64,000 bases of DNA from Candidatus Omnitrophota bacterium (GTDB lineage: Bacteria; Omnitrophota; Gorgyraeia; Zapsychrales; Zapsychraceae), in assembly GCA_029261065.1 (NCBI GenBank), contig JAJDCB010000013.1, forward strand, positions 9,868-73,867. Reading direction: 5' to 3'. The notes beneath the pieces were generated by a model. It had not been told where the DNA came from and searched no databases. It saw nothing but the letters and a program-made list of their open reading frames with translations. A program made the position numbers and the translations under genes. The number at the start of each line of letters is the position of its first letter. Position 1 is the first letter of the stretch. Shown here in pieces: positions 38,162 through 49,010 of this stretch.

Positions 38162-38527
38162 TTATTCTTCGACAACATCAAGCAGAACATTATGAATGGG
38201 ACACATTTCTAAATGTGCTGCGTAACGATTTCCCGTCTTAGGACAATATTTAACAACGATCTTAGTGGTATCAAGGGACTCGGAAATAACACCTATCGCA
38301 CTTTGAGCCTCCTTATCATGAAGAATTTGTTTTCTTAATTCCTTACGCTCTTCTTCAGTTAAAGGCTTTCCACTAAGAGCCTCGGCAACATCTCCTAAGG
38401 CTTTTTCAACATCTCGAGAAGTTTCTTTGTTTGTATTATTTGATTGTCTTATGGGTATTGTTTGACAACCGGCAAGAAAAAAAACAAAACATAAGTAGAT
38501 TGTGGGGAATGGACGATTCATAAGCAA
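38162..38527 (-). CDS. Small lipoprotein, hypothetical
   Basis: Lipobox FFLAGCQT; 121 aa. Confidence 0.4.
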   Translation of the reverse strand: MLMNRPFPTIYLCFVFFLAGCQTIPIRQSNNTNKETSRDVEKALGDVAEALSGKPLTEEERKELRKQILHDKEAQSAIGVISESLDTTKIVVKYCPKTGNRYAAHLEMCPIHNVLLDVVEE

Positions 38528-38533
38528 AAGGCT

Positions 38534-39106
38534 TTATTTTAAAAATCTGGCGCGCTTAAACGGCCAATAAATAAACTCAGCACGCCCTATAACATTTTCC
38601 TCAGGAACAAAACCCCATACACGACTATCTGAACTTGATCCACTGTTATCGCCTAATACAAAATAATAACCAACAGGGACATCAACCACCTGATCCTCTT
38701 GACCATATCGACTTTGATTAAAATAATAAATATTTTTAATTGTAGGATCCGTGACAAGCTCATCGTTTATATAAACATCTCCGTCGCGAATTTCAACCCT
38801 GTCTCCCCCCAAAGCAATCAAACGTTTGATAAAGTCTCTTTTTTCATTTTCAGGATATTTAAAAACAATAATATCCCCTCGCTCAGGCGACCTAAATCCA
38901 TTGATACGTTTCTCTGTAAAAGGAATCTTTGGGCCAAATCGTGTTTTATTAACCATCAAACGATCCCCCACTTTTAGGGTTGGGATCATCGAGCCACTTG
39001 GAATCTTAAAAGCTTGAATAAAGAAGGTTCGAATAAACATTGCCAAAATAAAGGCAATAACGATCGACTCGACCCACTCACGTGTTGCTGATTTTTTAAA
39101 AGCCAT
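38534..39106 (-). CDS. lepB: Signal peptidase I
   Basis: SGSMIPTL (catalytic Ser box) and GDNSGSSSDSR box; directly downstream of lepA. Confidence 0.85.
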   Translation of the reverse strand: MAFKKSATREWVESIVIAFILAMFIRTFFIQAFKIPSGSMIPTLKVGDRLMVNKTRFGPKIPFTEKRINGFRSPERGDIIVFKYPENEKRDFIKRLIALGGDRVEIRDGDVYINDELVTDPTIKNIYYFNQSRYGQEDQVVDVPVGYYFVLGDNSGSSSDSRVWGFVPEENVIGRAEFIYWPFKRARFLK

Positions 39107-39107
39107 A

Positions 39108-40898
39108 CTATAATTTTAACGCCGCAGAAAAAGCTTCTTGTGGAATTTCTACATTTCCAATCTGCTTCAGACGTTTTTTTCCTTCTTTTTGTCTTTCCCA
39201 AAGTTTTCGTTTTCGACTAATATCTCCCCCATAACACTTCGCTGTGACATTTTTTCCAGCAGACTTAACTCTTGCACTAGAAATAATACGTCCATCACAT
39301 GTCGCCTGCACACGCACCTCAAATAATTGTTGAGGGATAAGCTCTTTTAATTTTGTCACAAGAGCTAAACCTTTGTTATACGCATGATCCTTATGAACCA
39401 AACAAGAGAACGCGTCACACATTTTATCGTTTATCAGTATATCCAACCTTGATATATTTGTCTCTAAGTATCCCTTAAATTTATAATCTATCGAACCGTA
39501 TCCTCGCGTGATCGATTTAACCACGTCGTTAAAATCAACAATAACCTCAGAAAGCGGCACATCAAATAATATACGCATGCGATCAGATACAAACTCACTA
39601 CTCACAAAAATGCCTCGTTTTCTTTTTGCCAACTCCATCACGCCATCCATATATTGAACGGGCGTTAAAATCGTAACGGTTAAAAAAGGTTCTTCAATTT
39701 TGGAAATCGATGAAACATCTGGCAATTGGGCAGGACATTCAAGATCAATAACATCCTCTTTTTTCGTATAAACCTTATACTGTACATTAGGAGTCGTTAA
39801 AACAAGATTAAGATTATATTCTCGCTGAAGACGCTCTTGGACGATTTCCATGTGAAGCAGTCCCAAAAAACCACACCGAAACCCATGACCAAAAGACTGT
39901 GAGGTTTCTGGTTCATACACAAGACTGGGGTCACTCAGTCTCAACTTTGCGATCGCTTCGCGAAGGGACATAAAATCTTTGGAATTAACGGGATAAATGC
40001 CACAAAAAACCAAAGGGTTAAGCGTACGATAACCTTCAAAAGGTTCCTCAGCCATCCGAGCTGAATCCGTAATAGTATCTCCCACACGGACCTCAGTTGG
40101 TTCATGAATATTGCACGTGATATAACCAACTTCACCTGCTGATAATTCTTTTCCTTGAACAGCCTCAGGTGTAAATACGCCAATCTCTTCAACCTTATGA
40201 TTCTTCTCCATATTCATCATACGAATCCCCATCCCAGCTTTCAAACACCCATCAAACACACGCACATAAATAATGATACCTTTATAGATATCATATTTCA
40301 TATCAAATATAAGAACTTTAAGAGGAGCTTCAAGATCGCCTTCTGGAGCGGGCATAAACTTTACAATCTTCTCAAACAACTCTTTAATACCAATACCTTC
40401 CTTGGCAGAGACACTTTGAATATGTTCATCATTAAATTTTAAGATTTCCATTAATTGCAACTTGGCATGATCGATATCAATGTTCGCGATATCAATTTTG
40501 TTGATAACAGGAAGAATTTCTAAATTATTTTCAATAGCCAGAAAGTTGTTAGCCACCGTTTGGGATTCAACGCCTTGGGTGACATCAACGACCAGCAACG
40601 CGCCTTCACAGGCTCGTAATGATTTTTCGACCTCGTAAGAAAAATCCACATGACCTGGCGTATCAATCAGATTAAAAATATACTTTTCTCCATCATCAGC
40701 TTTATATTCAAGACGAACAGCAGAAGCTTTAATTGTAATGCCCCGCTCGCGCTCTAAATCCATATCATCAAGCAATTGATTTTTAAATTTTCTTTCATCA
40801 ATGGCCCCTGCAAACAACAGCAGACGATCAGCAAGTGTTGATTTGCCATGATCGATGTGAGCAATAATTGAAAAATTTCTAATATGTGCTTGATCCAT
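39108..40898 (-). CDS. lepA: Elongation factor 4 (LepA)
   Basis: G-domain AHIDHGKSTL, DTPGHVDF, NKID motifs and LepA C-terminal domain. Confidence 0.95.
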   Translation of the reverse strand: MDQAHIRNFSIIAHIDHGKSTLADRLLLFAGAIDERKFKNQLLDDMDLERERGITIKASAVRLEYKADDGEKYIFNLIDTPGHVDFSYEVEKSLRACEGALLVVDVTQGVESQTVANNFLAIENNLEILPVINKIDIANIDIDHAKLQLMEILKFNDEHIQSVSAKEGIGIKELFEKIVKFMPAPEGDLEAPLKVLIFDMKYDIYKGIIIYVRVFDGCLKAGMGIRMMNMEKNHKVEEIGVFTPEAVQGKELSAGEVGYITCNIHEPTEVRVGDTITDSARMAEEPFEGYRTLNPLVFCGIYPVNSKDFMSLREAIAKLRLSDPSLVYEPETSQSFGHGFRCGFLGLLHMEIVQERLQREYNLNLVLTTPNVQYKVYTKKEDVIDLECPAQLPDVSSISKIEEPFLTVTILTPVQYMDGVMELAKRKRGIFVSSEFVSDRMRILFDVPLSEVIVDFNDVVKSITRGYGSIDYKFKGYLETNISRLDILINDKMCDAFSCLVHKDHAYNKGLALVTKLKELIPQQLFEVRVQATCDGRIISSARVKSAGKNVTAKCYGGDISRKRKLWERQKEGKKRLKQIGNVEIPQEAFSAALKL

Positions 40899-40903
40899 AA
40901 ATT

Positions 40904-41581
40904 TTATTTATTAGTCTCATTAATATGAATTAACAATTGTTCGACGACCTCATCAGCGGACATTGATGAGGAATCGATGATAATAGCATCCTCTGCTTTT
41001 TTTAAAGGTCCAACCTCACGCGAGGAGTCTTTATTGTCTCGATCTTTAATATCCTTTAATAGCTCTTCTTTTTCAACAGACTTACCCTTTTCTTGAAGCT
41101 CATCATAACGCCTTTGTAAGCGCTCCTCAACCTTCGCATCCAGAAAAAACTTTTTTGTAGCATGCGGGAAAACAACAGTTGTTGTATCACGTCCCTCAGC
41201 TACAATACTTTGTTTTTTTCCGATTTCTTGTTGAGAGGAAACTAGCTCCTCTCTCACACCTTTCGTACGAGCCAAATAAAAGGCGTTGTTTGTCACTTCA
41301 ATTGAGCGAATATCTTCTGTGACATCTCGACCATCTAATAGAACCTGTAAATTACTATCCTTTTTTTCAAAGACAATCAAAGTGTTTTTTGTCATCTCTG
41401 TCAGCTGATCTTCATCTGCTAAATCTAAATGTTTCTCAAGGGCTTTAAGGGTTAAAGCTCGATACATAGCACCCGTATCTAAATAAAAAATACATAATCG
41501 ATCCGCTAGCTTTTTAGCAACGGTACTTTTTCCTGCACCCGCAGGACCATCAATGGCAATAACAATGTGGTTCTCGCTCAT
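40904..41581 (-). CDS. cmk: Cytidylate kinase
   Basis: IAIDGPAGAGKSTVAKKLA P-loop and overall Cmk similarity. Confidence 0.9.
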   Translation of the reverse strand: MSENHIVIAIDGPAGAGKSTVAKKLADRLCIFYLDTGAMYRALTLKALEKHLDLADEDQLTEMTKNTLIVFEKKDSNLQVLLDGRDVTEDIRSIEVTNNAFYLARTKGVREELVSSQQEIGKKQSIVAEGRDTTTVVFPHATKKFFLDAKVEERLQRRYDELQEKGKSVEKEELLKDIKDRDNKDSSREVGPLKKAEDAIIIDSSSMSADEVVEQLLIHINETNK

Positions 41582-41586
41582 AGATA

Positions 41587-42444
41587 TTAACTTTTAATCG
41601 ATTCGCGCTTTTCTTTGACTTTGGTGAAATATTGGACAAGTGCACGTTGATCTTTATTGATGATCGCTGTACGGATAACAGCCATTTGTTTGACAAATTC
41701 ATCCAAACTTTTTAAAACATTTTTCGAATTCGCTAAACAAATATCATTCCACATTTGAGGTGAGGAACCTGCAATGCGGGTTGAATCACTTAAAGAACGA
41801 GTCATATACTCTAAATCATCTTGAGGAATCGTTTCCAATAAACCAAAAGAAATGAGATGAGGAAGATGACTCATATAACCAAGAATTTCATCGTGCTCCG
41901 TTGGTGAAAGAGTTTTGACTTGAGCCCCTACGGTACTCCAAAGAAGCTTCATTTTTTCTTGAGTTGATCGCGTTGTTTTTTTGGTGGGCGTAAGAATACA
42001 CGTTGATCCTTGAAATAATTGAGCATCCGCATTTTCAACGCCTGTTTTTTCAGATCCAACTAAAGGATGAGATCCTAAAAAATTTCCCGGCATGGGTAAC
42101 ACAGCTTCAGCTTTCTCCACAATCTCTACCTTCGCGGAACCTAAGTCTGTAACAAAACATCCACGTTTAAGATAAGGTTTGATCATGGCAAACAAACTGA
42201 TAATCGAATCAACAGGCGTCGCCAACACAACTAAATCTGCATTCTTAATCGCCTTTTGGATATTTGTTTCACCGACATCAATAACTTTACATTTAATCGC
42301 ATGAACTAAAGATGATTGCTTCTGTGATAACCCTACAACTTCCTTGGCAAGCTTATGCTTTTTGATGGCTAATCCCAACGAACCACCCATAAGCCCGGTG
42401 CCAACAATCGTAACGCGTCTAAACGGTGTTGATCGTAATATCAT
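41587..42444 (-). CDS. tyrA: Prephenate/arogenate dehydrogenase
   Basis: VTIVGTGLMGGSLGLAIKK NAD-binding motif plus TyrA core. Confidence 0.8.
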   Translation of the reverse strand: MILRSTPFRRVTIVGTGLMGGSLGLAIKKHKLAKEVVGLSQKQSSLVHAIKCKVIDVGETNIQKAIKNADLVVLATPVDSIISLFAMIKPYLKRGCFVTDLGSAKVEIVEKAEAVLPMPGNFLGSHPLVGSEKTGVENADAQLFQGSTCILTPTKKTTRSTQEKMKLLWSTVGAQVKTLSPTEHDEILGYMSHLPHLISFGLLETIPQDDLEYMTRSLSDSTRIAGSSPQMWNDICLANSKNVLKSLDEFVKQMAVIRTAIINKDQRALVQYFTKVKEKRESIKS

Positions 42445-42448
42445 AAAT

Positions 42449-43465
42449 TTATATCTCCCTTGAAATGGCCTTTGCTATTGCTTTTAATTCGATCATTAAA
42501 CTTTCAAAATTTTTCGGTAGTAGCGATTGCGCACCATCAGAGAAGGCCTCTTCTGGGTTGTCATGAACTTCAACCATCAAAGCATCACAACCTGCCGCAA
42601 CGCCTGCTCTTGCGCCACTGCTGACAAGACCCCATCGTCCTGTTCCATGACTTGGATCTACAACAATGGGTAAATGAGATAGCTGTTTGACAACAGGAAC
42701 GGCATTAATATCTAATGTATTTCGCGTGCCTGTTTCAAATGTACGAATACCGCGCTCACATAACATAACATCAAAATTCCCATTGGATAAAATGTATTCC
42801 GCACACATTAACCATTCCTTATATGTTGCACTGATTCCACGCTTAAGCATAACTGGTGTTTTAGTTTTTCCAACTTCGTTTAATAAAGAAAAGTTTTGCA
42901 TATTGCGCGCACCAATTTGTAAGACATCAACATAACGACAAACCAATTCGACATCACGCGGATCCATAACTTCCGTGACTGTCGGCATTCCAAATTCTTC
43001 ACCAACATCCTTTAAATATTTTAAACCCTCTTCTCCTAGGCCTTGAAAATCATAAGGTGATGTTCTAGGCTTAAAAGCACCACCTCTTAAAATCGTACCC
43101 CCAGACTTCTTAATTTCGCGTGCAATGTTTCTTAACCCCTCATGTGTTTCAATCGAACAGGGACCTGACATCACATGCAACTTTTTCTCACCAATGGTGA
43201 CATTATGACTCAATTTTATAACCGTATTTTCTTTTTTAAATTCTCGAGAAACCAAACGGTATGGAGCTAATACAGGAATAACCTTCTCAACCCCTGGAAA
43301 AATTTCTAAAGGCGTGCCCCTTAAGACATCTTCCGGACCGATAAGACCAATGACCGTTTTCTCTACACCTCGAGAAATATTCGCCTGAAGTCCTAATTTC
43401 TCTGCTTTTTCTTGTATATGCTTAATCTGCTCTTCAGTAGCGTCAGATTTTAATATAATAATCAT
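42449..43465 (-). CDS. 3-deoxy-7-phosphoheptulonate (DAHP) synthase, class I-beta with N-terminal regulatory domain
   Basis: GPCSIE motif and KDO8PS/DAHPS I-beta core; N-terminal ACT/FL-like extension. Confidence 0.8.
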   Translation of the reverse strand: MIIILKSDATEEQIKHIQEKAEKLGLQANISRGVEKTVIGLIGPEDVLRGTPLEIFPGVEKVIPVLAPYRLVSREFKKENTVIKLSHNVTIGEKKLHVMSGPCSIETHEGLRNIAREIKKSGGTILRGGAFKPRTSPYDFQGLGEEGLKYLKDVGEEFGMPTVTEVMDPRDVELVCRYVDVLQIGARNMQNFSLLNEVGKTKTPVMLKRGISATYKEWLMCAEYILSNGNFDVMLCERGIRTFETGTRNTLDINAVPVVKQLSHLPIVVDPSHGTGRWGLVSSGARAGVAAGCDALMVEVHDNPEEAFSDGAQSLLPKNFESLMIELKAIAKAISREI

Positions 43466-44550
43466 GTTACATCCTCCAATGCGTTAAGTAATTTCTTATT
43501 TTCCTGCTTCGTTCCTATCGTGACGCGAATATAATGATTCATCCCCCACACACTCATATCACGCACAATAATTCCTTTTTTAAGTAATAGTTTGGAAATA
43601 TCAGCAGCTTTTTGTTTCGTTTTAATTAAAATAAAATTTGTAAAACTTTCTTCATATTCAAAAGATAATTTCGTTAGGGCTTTATACAAAGTTTGCTTTT
43701 GCTCAATGTAATCCTTTAATACGGCCTTAAAATGCGCCTTATCTTTCAAACACGCTAAAGCTGCTGCCTGAGCCAAAGAATTAACATTAAAAGGTTCGCG
43801 AATTCTATCTAAAATATCAATCAACTCTTTATTGGCCATACCATAACCGATGCGCAATCCTGCTAAACCATACATTTTTGAAAACGTTCGGGTGACAATA
43901 ATATTTTTGTGTGTCTTTAAAAGAGCCAGAGAATTGACATAATCTTTTGCCGTAACAAACTCAAAATATGCCTCATCTATAAACACTAAAACGTCTTTCC
44001 TTAAACCCTTTAAAAAATTCTGAACATCAACTTCACTTAAATATGTTCCTGCTGGGTTATCTGGATTTCCTAAGAAAACAATCTTTGTTTTACTACTCAC
44101 AGCCGCTTTCATTTTCTTAAGATCATAATGAAAGCCTTGAAGTGGCACTTCCTTTATTTTGGCACCAGCAATGCGTGAGGCAATATCGTAAATAAGAAAA
44201 GAAGGTTTTGCTAATACAACCTCATCCCCCTCACCTACAAAGGCTTTAACAGCTAAAACTATAAGCTCATCAGAACCATTTCCAAAAATGAATTGATTGG
44301 AATCGAGTTTTAACCTCTTAGCTAAAGCTTCACGTAAATAATAACAATCTCCTTGCGGATATCGATTGATTATTTGTGTAGCCCTTTTGATGGCCTCGCA
44401 AACTTTTGGAGAAGGCGGGAATGGATTTTCATTAGACGCTAATTTGATAACGTTTTTTAACCCGAGTTCACGCTTTACCTCTTCTATCGGCTTTCCAGGA
44501 AGATAAGGTTTAACACTAAAAATAGTTTTCTTGGCCACTTTTTTCATCAC
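43462..44550 (-). CDS. hisC: Histidinol-phosphate/aromatic aminotransferase (class II)
   Basis: PLP-lysine context [17 protein letters not shown]; within the aromatic cluster. Confidence 0.8.
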   Translation of the reverse strand: MMKKVAKKTIFSVKPYLPGKPIEEVKRELGLKNVIKLASNENPFPPSPKVCEAIKRATQIINRYPQGDCYYLREALAKRLKLDSNQFIFGNGSDELIVLAVKAFVGEGDEVVLAKPSFLIYDIASRIAGAKIKEVPLQGFHYDLKKMKAAVSSKTKIVFLGNPDNPAGTYLSEVDVQNFLKGLRKDVLVFIDEAYFEFVTAKDYVNSLALLKTHKNIIVTRTFSKMYGLAGLRIGYGMANKELIDILDRIREPFNVNSLAQAAALACLKDKAHFKAVLKDYIEQKQTLYKALTKLSFEYEESFTNFILIKTKQKAADISKLLLKKGIIVRDMSVWGMNHYIRVTIGTKQENKKLLNALEDVT

Positions 44551-44573
44551 AAAAATCCATCACCACCGAGATG

Positions 44574-45662
44574 TCAATCGAGTATGGGATAAGAACCAAC
44601 AATCTTTAAGTACTTACACATCCCTTCCAACTGATCTAATGCCTTTTTTACATTCGTATCATCACGATGACCTTCGAAGTCCACAAAAAAATAATAATCC
44701 CAAGCCCTTTTTTTTGAAGGACGAGATTCAATTTTCGTTAAATTAATTTTATTCTTAGAAAATGGGGTTAGCATAGCATGCAAGGCTCCCACTTTATCTT
44801 TAATAGAAAATAGGAGAGATGTCCGATCTTTTCCTGTTGCTGGAACATCTTGATTCGAAATAACTAAAAACCGCGTCATATTATGAGCAACATCTTGAAT
44901 GTTACCTTTGATAACATTTAATCCATAAACTTGGGCTGCCATAGATGAAGCGATCGCCGCAGACGCTTTTTCTTTAACCGCTTTTTCTGCGGCGAATGTT
45001 GTTGAAGCAACATCAATTAAGCCGGCATGCCCTACATTTTTATGCAACCACTCACGACACTGTCCAAAAACTTGTGGATTAGAATAAATTTTTTTAATAC
45101 GTTTAAGCGTTGTATTAGAAAGAAGATTATGCGAAACCTTTAACAAAATTTGCGCACAAATCTTAAGATCAGAGTCGACTAATAAATCAAAGGTATGTGT
45201 CACAGCCCCTTCAACCGAATTCTCAATAGGCACAACACCGTAATCGCTCTCCCCGCGATCGACAGCTTGAAATACCTCAAGAATACTACTGCATGACGCA
45301 TAGTGCACTTGAGAACCAAACTTTTTATTAGCAGCCAAGTGTGTAAAAGAGCCTTCCGTCCCTAAATAAGCAATGTGAAGTTTTTTTTCCAATGACAAGG
45401 AGCTTGACATCACCTCACGATAAACAGCCTCAAAAGCCTCTTGTGTCATGGGGCCTTTATTCAATTGTTTGATACGTTTTAGCACCTCTTTTTCGCGATG
45501 CGGAGCATAAATGCCTTTGTTAGACTTTAATTTATTTTCGCCAATAGTCTGACTAATACATGCTCTTTCATTTAATAACGAAACAAGCGTTGTATCAATG
45601 CTATCAATTTTTTTTCTAAGACTAGTTAGATTCGTTGTCTTCTTTTTTTTCTTCGGTGTCAT
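44574..45662 (-). CDS. pheA: Bifunctional chorismate mutase/prephenate dehydratase (P-protein)
   Basis: N-terminal CM_2 helices, PDT domain, ESRPSKK and C-terminal ACT domain. Confidence 0.85.
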   Translation of the reverse strand: MTPKKKKKTTNLTSLRKKIDSIDTTLVSLLNERACISQTIGENKLKSNKGIYAPHREKEVLKRIKQLNKGPMTQEAFEAVYREVMSSSLSLEKKLHIAYLGTEGSFTHLAANKKFGSQVHYASCSSILEVFQAVDRGESDYGVVPIENSVEGAVTHTFDLLVDSDLKICAQILLKVSHNLLSNTTLKRIKKIYSNPQVFGQCREWLHKNVGHAGLIDVASTTFAAEKAVKEKASAAIASSMAAQVYGLNVIKGNIQDVAHNMTRFLVISNQDVPATGKDRTSLLFSIKDKVGALHAMLTPFSKNKINLTKIESRPSKKRAWDYYFFVDFEGHRDDTNVKKALDQLEGMCKYLKIVGSYPILD

Positions 45663-46506
45663 CGTAAGACCCTTCGGCTTCCTGCAAAAATTCCGCAGCT
45701 TTGGTTACAACAGGATTTTCTTGAGCTTCTTCCTGAGAATCAGAAGCCTCTTTTTGTTCATCTCTTTTAGGTTCAATGTCTTCTATTAGTTCAACACTTG
45801 CAACTGCTTCTTCCTGAACATCTTCGGTTTGAGTGTTTTCTGTAGGATTCAGGGCATCAGTCTCTAAATACTCTTGATTATCTTCCGCTTCCATCAGTGA
45901 AGGAAATTCTTCTAGTTTTGGCAAATCAGATAATGATTTTAATCCAAAATATTGAAGAAACTGCTTAGTTGTGCCATACATAAAAGGTTTACCCGGCACA
46001 TCTTTTCGCCCGACAACCTTAATCAAATCTTTGCTTAACAAACTTCCAGCAACACCATCAGAATTAACGCCACGAATAATTTCAATATCCGCCCGTGTTA
46101 CAGGTTGCTTATAAGCAATAATAGCCAAGCTTTCTAAAGCTGGTTTAGACAACCGTTCTTTGTGTTTCGTTTTAAAAAAATCTTTGATATATGTGGCATA
46201 GATCGAATTACTTAACATCTGATAACCACCAGCAAGTTCCAAAATTGTTAAGCCAGCACTTCGCGTTTCATAGTCTTGTTGAAGGTCTCGAATGGCAACC
46301 TTAATCTCCATACCACCAACCGTTTTTAAAATACTTCTTAACTGATCCAATGATAGCGGTCGTTCGCTTACAAATAATAACGCTTCAATGGCTCCCTTAA
46401 CACGATCATTAATGTAATCACTGTCTTTTTGAGATGTTGAGGGCTCTTGCTCAACAACCTCTTTAACCTCTTGATCAACATCTTGCTCTTTAATCGTTTC
46501 GCCCAT
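45622..46506 (-). CDS. scpB: Segregation and condensation protein B
   Basis: AIEALLFVSERPLSLDQL wHTH signature; long acidic C-terminal tail; 41-nt overlap with the track pheA start. Confidence 0.8.
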   Translation of the reverse strand: MGETIKEQDVDQEVKEVVEQEPSTSQKDSDYINDRVKGAIEALLFVSERPLSLDQLRSILKTVGGMEIKVAIRDLQQDYETRSAGLTILELAGGYQMLSNSIYATYIKDFFKTKHKERLSKPALESLAIIAYKQPVTRADIEIIRGVNSDGVAGSLLSKDLIKVVGRKDVPGKPFMYGTTKQFLQYFGLKSLSDLPKLEEFPSLMEAEDNQEYLETDALNPTENTQTEDVQEEAVASVELIEDIEPKRDEQKEASDSQEEAQENPVVTKAAEFLQEAEGSYDDTEEKKEDNESN

Positions 46507-46553
46507 TTACGTTCCTCACTTGTCGTTACCTTAAAATCCAGGCAACTAAGGGT

Positions 46554-47183
46554 TTAAGTACTCACTTTTTGTTTATATATTTCATTAAGAAGAGCCTCAG
46601 TCGTATCAATATCTTTTGAACGGCCTAAAGCTTTCTTGATCATATCTAAGGCTTCTTGCTTTTTATATTGCAACTGCAAAAGAACTGTTAAGGCTTCTTC
46701 TTGCCAATCCGTTTCGATATCCACTTCTACTGTTTGAGGCGTCTGATCTTGAATAAGTCCGTACTTACCAATTTTCCCCTGAAGCTTGGCTACAATCTCT
46801 TTGGCCTTTTGCATCCCAATCCCTTGAAGAGTCTTTAGAAATTTAAAATCTCCGTTATCAATGGCTTGCGAAATTTCAGAAATCGGTTTGCTTAAAGCTT
46901 TAACAGCAGCCCGAGGACCAATGCCAGACACTTTAATAAATTGCAAAAAGAAATCACGTTCTATTTCATTAACAAAACCAATCAACAAAGGGGTTCCGCT
47001 TGATTGAGATAATTGAAAGTATTGATAGGTTTTAAGATGAACAAAACCTTTTTCATCTTTTGTCTCATCAATGCGTGTCAGAACGCCTAAAGGAACGATC
47101 ACTTCATAATAAAGCCCACCAACGTTAATAACAACGCTTTGTGCTTTTTTTTCAACTAGAGAACCGGCTATCTCTACAATCAC
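46554..47183 (-). CDS. ruvA: Holliday junction branch-migration complex subunit RuvA
   Basis: OB-fold N-terminus, HhH motifs (GIGPRAAVKAL, GIGMQKAKEIV), position next to ruvC. Confidence 0.85.
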   Translation of the reverse strand: MIVEIAGSLVEKKAQSVVINVGGLYYEVIVPLGVLTRIDETKDEKGFVHLKTYQYFQLSQSSGTPLLIGFVNEIERDFFLQFIKVSGIGPRAAVKALSKPISEISQAIDNGDFKFLKTLQGIGMQKAKEIVAKLQGKIGKYGLIQDQTPQTVEVDIETDWQEEALTVLLQLQYKKQEALDMIKKALGRSKDIDTTEALLNEIYKQKVST

Positions 47184-47193
47184 ACACTTATCC

Positions 47194-47685
47194 CTAAATA
47201 TTTAACAAACTTGATTTATGAATGTGAGTAAAACCTAATGCCAAAGCAAGGGCATCACTGGCATCTAAAGTTAATTTCTTTTCATCAATATTAAGAGCAT
47301 TGGCCACAAGAGATCGCGTTTGTTGCTTTGTAGCATTGCCATTACCGGTGATCGCCTTTCGAATCCGCTTAACACTATGCTCGACTAAATCAATTTTCTG
47401 TTGGGCACATAACAAACAAATAACACCACGCAAATGGCCCATAATAATGCCAGTCATTGGGTGTTTAGAATGAGCGTACAATTTTTCTAAGATCAAAGCC
47501 TGAGGTTTATGCTCGTAAACTAACTCTTCTAAAATAGAATAAATTTTTTCGATGCGATATTGAATTGGATCTTTTGGTTTGGGTTCAATGGTACCGCACT
47601 CTATCAGCTTTAATTCACCTTTTTGAAAGTGAATAAACCCATAACCTGTAGCTTTCAAACCTGGATCAAGACCAAGGAGTATCAT
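47194..47685 (-). CDS. ruvC: Holliday junction resolvase RuvC
   Basis: ILGLDPGLKATGYG N-terminus and RuvC catalytic acidic residues. Confidence 0.9.
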   Translation of the reverse strand: MILLGLDPGLKATGYGFIHFQKGELKLIECGTIEPKPKDPIQYRIEKIYSILEELVYEHKPQALILEKLYAHSKHPMTGIIMGHLRGVICLLCAQQKIDLVEHSVKRIRKAITGNGNATKQQTRSLVANALNIDEKKLTLDASDALALALGFTHIHKSSLLNI

Positions 47686-47704
47686 AAATTTAAATAATTA
47701 TTCA

Positions 47705-48457
47705 TTAACCCTCTTCCATCAATTTTCCGATCTCTTCTGTCATTTCAAAGTTAGCATAAACATGCTGAACGTCTTCGTGTTCTTCTAATCCTTCAATAAG
47801 ACCAAGAAGAGACTTCGCATCGGAACCGGTCACCTTCACATAAGAACTTGGAATCATGGTCATCTCAGCTGTAGAAATTTCAATCTCTTTAGCATCGATA
47901 GCCGCCTTCACAGACATTAAATCATTGATCTCCGTTGTAATTTCATGAAAATCACCATCCGGTTCAACATTTTCAGCGCCAGCCTCTATCGCAATTTCAA
48001 AAATCTCTTCTTCGCTGATCTTATCCTTTTCGATGACAATGATGCCCTTTTTCGTAAACAAAAAAGAGGTTGCCCCGGCACCTGCCAAATTTCCATTCTT
48101 CTTTGATAAAATATTTTTAATTTCAGCTGTTGAACGATTTTTATTATCGGTTAAACCCGTAATAAGCATCGCAACTCCGCCTGGACCATACGCATCAAAT
48201 GTGACCTCTTCATATGTGACACCAGGAAGTTCTCCCGTTCCTTTTTTTACAGCATTATCAATTTTGTCCTTAGGCATATTAATACCTTTGGCTCGATCAA
48301 TCGCATTGCGTAAGTTGACATTGGTATCAGGATCTCCCCCACCCGCTTTGGCTATCGCAGAAATCTCTTTCGACATTTTTGAAAACGCAGCTCCTCGCTT
48401 AGCATCAGCTGCCCCTTTTTTATGTTTAATACTTGCCCATTTAGAATGTCCCGACAT
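47705..48457 (-). CDS. yebC: YebC/PmpR-family transcriptional regulator
   Basis: MSGHSKWASIKHKKG N-terminus diagnostic for the family. Confidence 0.9.
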   Translation of the reverse strand: MSGHSKWASIKHKKGAADAKRGAAFSKMSKEISAIAKAGGGDPDTNVNLRNAIDRAKGINMPKDKIDNAVKKGTGELPGVTYEEVTFDAYGPGGVAMLITGLTDNKNRSTAEIKNILSKKNGNLAGAGATSFLFTKKGIIVIEKDKISEEEIFEIAIEAGAENVEPDGDFHEITTEINDLMSVKAAIDAKEIEISTAEMTMIPSSYVKVTGSDAKSLLGLIEGLEEHEDVQHVYANFEMTEEIGKLMEEG

Positions 48458-48542
48458 TTTTTTATCCTCCTAAATAACTATAATTAATCGCTTCTTACTC
48501 TAACGTTCGTTGGAATGATCACCAACGTATTTAAATAATGAG

Positions 48543-48584
48543 AAGTTATCTGGAAATAAATTTTCATTTATTTCCAGATAACTT
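48543..48584 (-). terminator. Perfect 18-bp-stem hairpin (AAGTTATCTGGAAATAAA / TTTATTTCCAGATAACTT) immediately 3' of the RNase P RNA
   Basis: Read directly; no U-tract, so it may be a processing/stability hairpin rather than a canonical intrinsic terminator. Confidence 0.4.
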
Positions 48585-48985
48585 CCAGACAAGTCTATAA
48601 GCCGAGTTTTGTTTAATTGTGGTTATTCAACTCACATTGGAAATTACTTATCCAACATCTTGCAGCCTACCCGGGAATTCAAACGAACCGGATCAATTCG
48701 TCCATACAACTAAAATAAACTCTGAGCTTCACCGTTTAATTGGCAAAGCTGGGAATTTATATAGTTAGTTATGGTCTTCCCCTATTTGGCCTTGCTCCAT
48801 ACAGAGATTGCTCGTTTCACTCTCCCATTCCAAAGAATAGGAGCATCGTCACTGTAGCTCTAGTCTTCTGTTAAAAGTCACCTCTTAACATATTCTGAAT
48901 TACCAGAATGCACTATCCTTCGGAGCTCGGACTTTCCTCCTTAACGTGCTAAAACGTCAAGGCAACCACTTTGACTTGCCTGTAA
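48583..48985 (-). ncRNA. rnpB: RNase P RNA (bacterial type A), about 400 nt
   Basis: Minus-strand sequence contains GGAGGAAAGTCCGAGCTCC (P4 5' strand), GGAGCAAGGCCAAATAGGGG, GGGTAGGCTGC and ACAAAACTCGGCTTA (P4 3' strand). All are colinear with E. coli M1 RNA. The P1 helix pairs CAGGCAAGTC (5') with GACTTGTCTG (3'). Confidence 0.85.
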
Positions 48986-49010
48986 GTTTAGAAAAATTTT
49001 TAAAAAACTT

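Noticed and set aside
48458-49010. Considered tmRNA (ssrA) for this ORF-free gap because of a GGTTCG...GAATTCCC segment
   Set aside because: No tRNA-like acceptor/T-arm pairing or tag-peptide reading frame; instead all conserved RNase P RNA blocks are present, so it is assigned as rnpB.
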